DNA from: Nitrososphaeraceae archaeon
GTDB taxonomy: Archaea > Thermoproteota > Nitrososphaeria > Nitrososphaerales > Nitrososphaeraceae
Assembly: GCA_044870765.1 (NCBI GenBank)
Contig: JBIOZG010000011.1
Span: forward strand, 1 to 32,000
DNA: 32,000 nt
Reading direction: 5' to 3'
Below, one piece after another: positions 25,332 to 32,000 of the stretch (position 1 is the first letter of the stretch; every line of letters begins with the position of its first letter). The notes beneath the pieces were generated by a model. It worked only from the letters and a program-made list of their open reading frames with translations. It was not told where the DNA came from and made no database searches. Position numbers and translations under genes: made by a program.

Positions 25332-25418
25332 GACCGCCAGCGCCCCAGGCCAATACCTCAGCGAGATTAAGTAATTTCAACAGAGATGGTATCCTTGACC
25401 AAGCTAGACGATGGCCCC
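25307..25418 (-). tRNA. tRNA-Pro(GGG): tRNA-Pro (anticodon GGG at 25344-25346) with a 36-nt intron (25351-25386) inside the anticodon stem; CCA not encoded
   Basis: Hand-folded as acceptor GGGGCCA/UGGCCCC + A73; D-arm GUCU-AGCUUGGUCAA-GGAU; T-arm GUGGG-UUCAAAU-CCCAC. The anticodon arm CCAGC-CUGGGGC-GCUGG forms only after removing 36 nt between CCA and GC. The mature length is then 76 nt. Confidence 0.8.
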
Positions 25419-25596
25419 TACGACTTAGACAAATAGAGTTCTTTTTAAATGTAGTATTGCCATAAAAAGATGATTCCGATAATGACAATCTACGTTGTTT
25501 CATGACTGGTATGAGTATTGGAGTGTTTTTCGAAATTTACTACATGAACCATTTAAATTCAATTAAATAGAATATTTCTTTACCCCGCGAGAAAAA

Positions 25597-26340
25597 ATGG
25601 ATTACTCTAATTATCTCAAAACATTGTATGATTATGAAAAAAAACAAGTAGGAACAGAAGAAAAATCTATGTTGCTTAAGGTGATAAACAATGTCGATTT
25701 TTCTGCACAAATAGGATCTTACCTGAAATTGAGAGACAAGAACCAACTAGGAGATACATCAACTGTTTCCAGATTATTGGGACTCAAACTCCTCACTGAA
25801 AAGAAGGGATTGATATTAAGAGGAATGAGAAAATATCAACTGACTAGTACCGGACTTTTCTATGTGTTAACTGAAACCGTGAGTTATCCTCCCAGTCTTT
25901 TAAAGAAATACAGCGACGATCCAATTCTTAAGACTTTGTTGTTTCAGTATTTTGAAGTAGATACAATAGTATCCAGCACGGCGCGATTTTATTCTATAAT
26001 AACACAGTATCTAAAACAATGCTGTAGAACTACTCTGAACTGGCTTGAAGATACACAGAACTCTAATGAAGATCGTAAAAACAAAATGATGAACTTTCTC
26101 TTACTCGAATTGGCATTAAACGCAAAATTATTGGCGCTTAGAATAATTATTATGTATTCTGATTCAACCATACTCTCGCTTACACCAAAATCCAAAACAG
26201 GCGACCCGGATGTAGCATATTATGAACTAGAAAGTAACATGAAGGAGATTCTTGCCAAAGACAGTAAATTCATTGAACACTTACATAGAACGAATGCAGA
26301 CTTTAAGAGCGGTTATAAGGAATTTACTCATTCCGAATAA
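25597..26340 (+). CDS. Hypothetical protein with probable N-terminal winged-helix domain
   Basis: 247-aa ORF with no strong competitor. The segment TSTVSRLLGLKLLTEKKGLILRGMRKYQLTSTGLFYV has a helix-turn-helix plus wing pattern. The rest is helical and unrecognised. Confidence 0.55.
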   Translation: MDYSNYLKTLYDYEKKQVGTEEKSMLLKVINNVDFSAQIGSYLKLRDKNQLGDTSTVSRLLGLKLLTEKKGLILRGMRKYQLTSTGLFYVLTETVSYPPSLLKKYSDDPILKTLLFQYFEVDTIVSSTARFYSIITQYLKQCCRTTLNWLEDTQNSNEDRKNKMMNFLLLELALNAKLLALRIIIMYSDSTILSLTPKSKTGDPDVAYYELESNMKEILAKDSKFIEHLHRTNADFKSGYKEFTHSE

Positions 26341-26376
26341 TATCTGCCTGGCGAGCTAATGATCTTTCTTGATCCA

Positions 26377-27942
26377 CTATTGTTTGAGATCATTCGGTCT
26401 TGTTTCTAAAGTAACATTCACTTCTTGCGGTTTACCATCTCTCAATATACCAATACTGATAATGTCACCGTCTTTCTTGTTATTCATAATGTAAGTCGAA
26501 AGCTCCCTTAAATTGTCGATGGGTTGCTTATCAGCACTAATAATAATATCGCCGCCAAGTTCTATTTGCGTTCCATTTATCTCTGATAGTATATAACCGC
26601 CTTTCAGTCCCGCCTTATCTGCAGGACCATCAGAAATAATGCCGATTACCAAAATTCCCGTGCTCTGGTTAACATTTAATTCGGAAGCAATTTCCTCACT
26701 CATGTCCATACCATCGATCCCCAACCATAAGGGCGATGCGTTAAGCTGCAATGGTCTTTCCGCCAAAACAACCTTAACTGTTTGAAGTTTACCATCTCTT
26801 ATAACAGTCAAGTTGACATCTTGACCGACCTTTTTCTGTTGTTCAAGATATAGTAGTATGTCATCAATCTTTGAAACACTTTGATTATCAATTTTTATAA
26901 TCACATCTCCAAACAATTTTGTTTTTCTTCCGTTTATATCGATCAGTTTGTCTCCACCTTCGATTCCCGCCTTGGAAGCAGGTCCGCCAGGACTAGTATC
27001 TATTATAAGAAATCCTTTTGTTGTATTTAGTTTCATAGCTGAGGCAATTTGTTCATTAACGTCTATGCCTGAGATTCCAATCCAAGGATGCTTGTAGGTA
27101 TGTTGTGAAATTAATATTGGTACGACTCTTTGAAGAGTGCCAGACGGTATGGCAAATCCGACTCCGGAATATTCACCCGTTAGTGAAAAAATGGCACTGT
27201 TTATGCCTATTACCTGTCCTTTCAAATTAAGCAACGGGCCTCCGGAATTTCCTGGGTTTATAGCTGCATCAGTTTGAATTATTTCGGGTATCGAAAATGA
27301 GGCAGGGGGAACCAGCGTGTTACCCTCATCTGGCATTAGTTCCGGGCCTTGTGGACCTTCCGGATTCTGAGAAGGAATAACCCTTCCTAATCCGCTAATT
27401 ATTCCTTCAGTCATAGAGCCAGATAGGCCAAATGGGTTACCTATCGCAATCACGTGTTCCCCAATCTGAATGTCAGATGAATTACTGAGGACAAGGGGAA
27501 TCATTGATTGATTTTTCGGATCTTCAATTTGTAGGACGGCTAGATCAGAAAAGGGATCGCTACCTACTATTTTCGCCTTAAAGGACCTATCATCCAAAAA
27601 GGTCACAGTAACATTATTTGTTGTATTAGTATCGTTGTAAGATCCGCCACGAACCACATGATCATTTGTGATAATATGCCCTGATGTGTCAAACACAAAA
27701 CCTGAACCTAACGCAGAAGAGCGTGGATCCTCATTAGACACGGTGATTTGTACTACAGAATTCTTCACTCTATCGAATAATTTGGGTAATAACGTGTCAT
27801 CAATTGCTGTAGTTTGTGCATAGGAGCTTGTGGCAACAAAGACAAATATAAGCAAAAGAGCGATTGGAATTAGAACATATGATTTAGAAATCTTAATTTG
27901 AGATAAACCATTCGTAGTAAAAGTATCCATAAAACAATTCAC
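26377..27942 (-). CDS. htrA: HtrA/DegP-family serine protease with two PDZ domains, N-terminal membrane anchor (GTG at 27942; ATG at 27930 is the more likely start)
   Basis: Catalytic triad contexts HIITNDHVV, SDLAVLQI and TDAAINPGNSGGPLLN. Two PDZ modules are present (GFLIIDTSPGGPASKAGIEGGD; GILVIGIISDGPADKAGLKGG). Confidence 0.9.
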   Translation of the reverse strand: MNCFMDTFTTNGLSQIKISKSYVLIPIALLLIFVFVATSSYAQTTAIDDTLLPKLFDRVKNSVVQITVSNEDPRSSALGSGFVFDTSGHIITNDHVVRGGSYNDTNTTNNVTVTFLDDRSFKAKIVGSDPFSDLAVLQIEDPKNQSMIPLVLSNSSDIQIGEHVIAIGNPFGLSGSMTEGIISGLGRVIPSQNPEGPQGPELMPDEGNTLVPPASFSIPEIIQTDAAINPGNSGGPLLNLKGQVIGINSAIFSLTGEYSGVGFAIPSGTLQRVVPILISQHTYKHPWIGISGIDVNEQIASAMKLNTTKGFLIIDTSPGGPASKAGIEGGDKLIDINGRKTKLFGDVIIKIDNQSVSKIDDILLYLEQQKKVGQDVNLTVIRDGKLQTVKVVLAERPLQLNASPLWLGIDGMDMSEEIASELNVNQSTGILVIGIISDGPADKAGLKGGYILSEINGTQIELGGDIIISADKQPIDNLRELSTYIMNNKKDGDIISIGILRDGKPQEVNVTLETRPNDLKQ

Positions 27943-29149
27943 AGCAACTTGTACTCTAAAAAGTTAATTTATATCTATTGTTTTGAGAATTCTGAGAATT
28001 TTCATGCAGTATTGGTGGAATATTGTTTGCTCGGGGTATTAGTTTAAATACATCGGCAGACTGAGAGGAATCTTCTTACTTATCTTTTATTTTGCTTATT
28101 TATCTTTTAAAAAATTAAGTGGAAATTTATGTTAAAAATGTTGGTTACCATATATAAGTAATAACATGATTATGAATCCAATAGGTACCGAAAATAGATG
28201 GATAGAGAAGTGGAAAGAATAATGAAATATTTGGTGGAAGAAAGGACTGTCCTCAAGTTACTCCGAATATTGGAGAGGCAAGAAAATTATAATTATTATC
28301 CCTTAGACGATGAGAATACGGGACTATCTTATTATTCTAGAAAATATAAAACATGGGTCCTGCATAATAACTATTATCAGTTGAATTAGTAATCAACTAA
28401 ATTAATTAGCATCGTTGGTATGTTAGAATCCACTTGTAAAATTTGATGGGAATTCACTTAATTAATGTTGCTTAAGTAAATATGTGATTACGAAACTTCG
28501 AATAGCCATTTCTAGACATAAATTATCCGCGAATTTTCAAAGTCCTGTTATTGATCGTTTTGATCAATAAGAAATAATATGCTACTATTCTCCGGAATTT
28601 GTATCGCAGTTATATATCAAATTGTAGTAACGCTATTGCGCGGGTACAAATAGCTCTATTGTATCAATATGCTTGAATTTCGTATCATTATATTCGATGT
28701 ACATTGCCGATGCAATTCCAAATCATTGTGTGGATTTAATGGATTACACGCAGATTTCTTTCGAGGCTAGGTCGTTAAAATATAAACTCATCGCTAGATT
28801 GAGCTTCATTAACTCGGAAAGTTTGATCGGTAAAGTGCTGTTGCAATTGCAGTCTCTAGAACTAAGTATGGAGAACGGGTATTACATTTACTAGTTTGGG
28901 ATACAACTCCTAAGAACCACAAGGTAATCGCACTTGAAAAGGCCAATGTACAGGATCATATTCATCTTCTACTCTTCTCTAACCATCAGTCTTTATTGAT
29001 TTTTCTTTTAAATACAATAAAGAGTTAGACATATTGAATAACCAAAATCAGTTCAGTTCAATTTACATGATTGTTACTTTCATAAAGTTTAAACGTAATG
29101 GGAATTAATATCTGATATCGTCTATTTCAGGAGATAGATGTAACAAAAA

Positions 29150-29188
29150 TTGATTGGTGCTAATCATGCGTGATCTTGCACCAATCAA
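29150..29188. promoter_or_regulatory. Perfect 11-bp inverted repeat with 17-nt spacer upstream of pckA
   Basis: TTGATTGGTGC (29150-29160) pairs with GCACCAATCAA (29178-29188). It lies 68-106 nt upstream of the pckA start. Confidence 0.35.
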
Positions 29189-29255
29189 CTTAGTCCTAAT
29201 TTTGCACTTTCTACGATTATTTGCATTGTAACATGAAATAAATTAAATACCCATT

Positions 29256-30878
29256 GTGGACGTTACATCCGTATCAATGAATGAGGAAGATAACGGTCAT
29301 CCAAAAAGCTATATTCTGGAACTAGAGAAGATGAATATTAATTTTGGAAAGATTGAGAGAAACCTTCCAATAGCAACTCTTATTGAAATCGCAATTCAAA
29401 GAAACGAAGGGCTATTATCAAATTCTGGCGCATTGTCTGTTAAGACTGGTAAGTTTACGGGACGTTCTCCTGATGATAAGTTCATTGTTGATGATGAAAT
29501 AACTCATGATATTGTGGACTGGGGCAAAGTGAACCATCCTATTGCTAGTGAAAAGTTTGACAATATTTTTGAACGAATGAAGCAGCATGTGTCAGGAAAG
29601 GATTTTTTTATTTTCGACGGGTTTGTAGGAGCCGATCCTGAGAGTAGGTTGCCGATAAGGGTTTTTACCGATAATGCTTGGCATAATATTTTTGCATCGC
29701 AGATATTTATACGTCCGACACCAGAAGAGCTTGATAACCATAAGCCTGAATTTACTCTCTTCTTTGTTAATGATTTTGCTTCACTTCCAGAAATAGATGG
29801 AACCAAAAGTGGCACATTCATAATCATTAATTTCTCCAAGAAGATGGTGTTAATAGGTTATACTTCTTATGCAGGCGAAATAAAAAAGGCCATGTTTTCT
29901 GTTATGAATTTTTTACTTCCCCGCAGGGGAATATTTCCCATGCATTGTTCTGCTAATATGGGAAAGAATGGAGAAACAGCACTATTCTTTGGACTATCGG
30001 GTACAGGGAAAACTACATTATCCGCAGATCCAGAAAGGTACCTGATAGGGGATGATGAGCATGGATGGTCTGATAGGGGAATTTTTAATTTTGAAGGCGG
30101 GTGTTATGCAAAATGTATAAATCTTAATAAGGAACATGAACCACAGATTTGGAATGCAATAAAATTCGGTTCTGTAATGGAGAACGTAACTGTTGATGAA
30201 TTGACACGCGAGCCGAATTTTGAGGATAGTTACCTAACAGAGAACACACGAGTCGTCTACCCTTTAGATTTTATACCTGGAGCGGTAATTCCTTCAGTAG
30301 CAACACATCCCAAGGTCGTAATCTTTCTCACTGCAGATGCATTTGGTGTGATGCCACCGGTGGCCAGGCTAACGAAAGAAGGTGCAATGTATCATTTTAT
30401 TTCTGGTTATACAAGTAAGCTAGCGGGCACAGAAAGAGGTATTACAGAACCAAAAGAAACATTTTCTCAATGTTTTGGAGCACCATTTATGCCACTACCT
30501 CCAGTTGAATATGCCAAAATGCTAGCATCAAAGATTTCAAAACACAACACGAGTGTGTATCTTATAAATACAGGTTGGACTGGGGGCCCATATGGAATTG
30601 GAAGGAGAATGGATTTGAAATATACCAGAGCGATGGTATCTGCGTCATTAAACGGCGATCTTGACAAGGTGCAATATAAGCATGATAGTATCTTTAATCT
30701 TGATATTCCTCTTTCATGTCCTCAAGTTCCGTCAAAAATTCTGGATCCGAGTTTTTCATGGTCCAACGAAGAACAGTACGTTGTTGCAGCGAAGAGACTG
30801 GCCCATCTGTTTATCGAAAATTTCAAAAGGTTCGGAGAGGAAACCAAAGATTTGGCAAAATTTGGACCCCAAATTTAA
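29256..30878 (+). CDS. pckA: Phosphoenolpyruvate carboxykinase (ATP)
   Basis: Kinase-1a motif FFGLSGTGKTTLS, plus IGDDEHGW and NTGWTGGPYG. Length and motif order are typical of ATP-PEPCK. GTG start at 29256. The ATG at 29277 (MNEEDNG) is an alternative, given the TATA-like ATAAATTAAATA at 29234-29247. Confidence 0.95.
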   Translation: MDVTSVSMNEEDNGHPKSYILELEKMNINFGKIERNLPIATLIEIAIQRNEGLLSNSGALSVKTGKFTGRSPDDKFIVDDEITHDIVDWGKVNHPIASEKFDNIFERMKQHVSGKDFFIFDGFVGADPESRLPIRVFTDNAWHNIFASQIFIRPTPEELDNHKPEFTLFFVNDFASLPEIDGTKSGTFIIINFSKKMVLIGYTSYAGEIKKAMFSVMNFLLPRRGIFPMHCSANMGKNGETALFFGLSGTGKTTLSADPERYLIGDDEHGWSDRGIFNFEGGCYAKCINLNKEHEPQIWNAIKFGSVMENVTVDELTREPNFEDSYLTENTRVVYPLDFIPGAVIPSVATHPKVVIFLTADAFGVMPPVARLTKEGAMYHFISGYTSKLAGTERGITEPKETFSQCFGAPFMPLPPVEYAKMLASKISKHNTSVYLINTGWTGGPYGIGRRMDLKYTRAMVSASLNGDLDKVQYKHDSIFNLDIPLSCPQVPSKILDPSFSWSNEEQYVVAAKRLAHLFIENFKRFGEETKDLAKFGPQI

Positions 30879-30886
30879 AATAAAGA

Positions 30887-31023
30887 TGGTAGCCCGGAGC
30901 AGATTCGAACTGCTGTCCTCAGGTATCTTTTCATGACGATCCAGAGCCTGAAATCCATAGCCCTCCTGTGGAGTTTGACCGCTAGATTCGGCATCGACAC
31001 AATCGTGTGGATTCGACCGGGCT
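30887..31023 (-). tRNA. tRNA-Gln(CUG): tRNA-Gln (anticodon CUG at 30942-30944) with three predicted introns; CCA encoded
   Basis: Hand-folded as acceptor AGCCCGG/CCGGGCU with A1:U72 + A73 + CCA (archaeal Gln-like) and T-arm AGCAG-UUCGAAU-CUGCU. A 73-nt cloverleaf (UC-GUCU-AGCGGUCAA-GGAU-U-UCAGG-CUCUGGA-CCUGA-GGAC) appears only after removing ~27 nt (about 30987-31013), ~18 nt (about 30957-30974) and 16 nt (about 30925-30940, canonical 37/38 site). The resulting D-arm mirrors that of tRNA-Pro in this window. Confidence 0.7.
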
Positions 31024-31071
31024 AATTCTCGAGCTACAACTAGAAATTTTCAAACAGATATTTATCGATAT

Positions 31072-31644
31072 CTACTTTAGTAGAGATTCTTTCATTCTTA
31101 TGATGTCAATAAGCTCCCTAACTCTGCCCAGATTCCTCTCAAAATAATCTACGAGATTATTGTTGATATACTCGTCATAGTTACCAGTAGATTTGTTTTG
31201 ATCTATTGACGATGTTGATGTCGATCTGTCCTCGAGCAAAAAATCTTGGACTTCCTTGGATGGTTTTTGCATCGTTTGATTTCTAAATTCCCTTAATATC
31301 CAAAGCCAACTATTGTGCTCTAACGCTTCACGTAATTCTGTCAATAAACCTATGTTTTTTGTTCCCGCATTCAATGCGCTTTGAATTGTAGCCAGATCAA
31401 CTTTTTCTATTGAAATTCCCAAATCCAATCTCGTGTTAATTAACATTAATAGGCAATCTACTGCTCCTAAAATTTGGGAAAGAAAGCAATCAATCTCCAA
31501 CTCCAATGGCACTCTTACATCAACTTTATCCATGTTTCGCTGACCTAACTTGATTTCTTGTAACTTGTTTAGATGCGTTTGGGCAGCGAATAATTTGAAT
31601 TTAACCCTGTCTGATAAAAGACTCGAATCAAAATTGGAAGACAT
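31072..31644 (-). CDS. Hypothetical all-helical protein with an R-x4-H motif (possible HEPN-like)
   Basis: 190-aa ORF with no competing frame. The motif LTELREALEHNSW (R-E-A-L-E-H) sits in the second half of a helical protein. Confidence 0.55.
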   Translation of the reverse strand: MSSNFDSSLLSDRVKFKLFAAQTHLNKLQEIKLGQRNMDKVDVRVPLELEIDCFLSQILGAVDCLLMLINTRLDLGISIEKVDLATIQSALNAGTKNIGLLTELREALEHNSWLWILREFRNQTMQKPSKEVQDFLLEDRSTSTSSIDQNKSTGNYDEYINNNLVDYFERNLGRVRELIDIIRMKESLLK

Positions 31645-31753
31645 TTCTAATTTATTAGAATTAAATTATTTTCATTAACTTTACTAAATATTAAACTTGA
31701 TCTTAGATAGAACCATGCACTGTTAAAATTATGGATTTAATTATAATAGACAC

Positions 31754-32000
31754 ATGGGCGAAAATGAAGATCTTGAGGAGAAGAAACTGTTGGGCTCAGG
31801 CGGGTATGTCTTTGCTAAAATTACCGAAGATGAGGAAATCAAGGCTAATTTGGGAGTTCCACAAATATTTCTAGCCAATGTCGGAAGATTGAGTGAAGAT
31901 CGTTTCATAAAGTATTACTGCAATTCATGTGGGAAGGAATTCAGTGGCTCTCCAATCATAAAATATGAGACTCCTAATGAGGAATTAGGTCAGGGAGTGA
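31754..32000 (+). CDS. Hypothetical protein, 3' end outside the window
   Basis: The frame from ATG at 31754 stays open to the window end (MGENEDLEEKKLLGSGGYVFAKITEDEE..YYCNSCGKEFSG..) and contains a C-x2-C motif. It was missing from the ORF track only because no stop is reached. Confidence 0.45.
   Translation, partial: MGENEDLEEKKLLGSGGYVFAKITEDEEIKANLGVPQIFLANVGRLSEDRFIKYYCNSCGKEFSGSPIIKYETPNEELGQGV

Noticed and set aside
25217-25503. ORFs 25217-25465(+) and 25261-25503(-), which overlap tRNA-Pro.
   Set aside because: They are translations of the GC-richer tRNA gene and its flanks, and the tRNA fold explains the region.
28198-28894. Small ORFs 28198-28389 (63 aa) and 28673-28894 (73 aa) in the 1.3-kb gap between htrA and pckA.
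   Set aside because: No recognisable motif is present. 28673 uses TTG and has junk-like composition. 28198 (MKYLVEERTVLKLLRILERQ..) is faintly plausible as a small helical protein, but I cannot support it. The perfect 9-bp palindrome TTATTGATC-N5-GATCAATAA at 28548-28570 was also noted but has no clear context.
30661-30936. ORF 30661-30936(+), which runs from the end of pckA into tRNA-Gln.
   Set aside because: It is out of frame with pckA and overlaps the tRNA 3' half, so it is an artefact.

Overview
AT-rich archaeal chromosomal segment. It is probably from a thaumarchaeote (Nitrososphaeria-like). That assignment is an inference from TATA-type promoters close to start codons, frequent GTG/TTG starts, a tRNA-Gln with an A1:U72 pair, tRNA genes with non-canonical introns, and many Asn/Asp-rich secreted proteins. 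GC content was judged by eye, not computed. I support about 26 protein genes, 2 intron-containing tRNA genes and 1 decayed integrase. Two themes dominate. (1) Metal homeostasis and redox: an FTR1-type iron permease with a ~510-aa ectodomain sits next to a DtxR-family repressor, with a DtxR-like palindrome in the permease promoter. The window also holds a Fe/Mn superoxide dismutase, a CDF metal exporter, a CBS-pair protein, a PQQ-type sugar dehydrogenase and a PQQ-like beta-propeller. (2) An unusually dense set of secreted, low-complexity, repeat-bearing envelope proteins that share modules with one another. Housekeeping genes include ATP-dependent PEP carboxykinase, an HtrA protease with two PDZ domains, a cupin, an alpha/beta hydrolase and a 5'-truncated APC permease-USP fusion. 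The best candidate for something undescribed is the four-gene secreted cluster at 20487-23429. It has two paralogous helical proteins whose modules recur in the FTR1 ectodomain. Both are predicted to mature with an N-terminal His; one ends in a His/acidic tail and the other carries a Met-rich tract. An Ig-like partner and a small cytoplasmic protein complete the cluster. It lies next to the remnant of a tRNA-Pro-targeting integrative element (24.3-25.3 kb). All family assignments come from motif recognition by eye; no database search was run.
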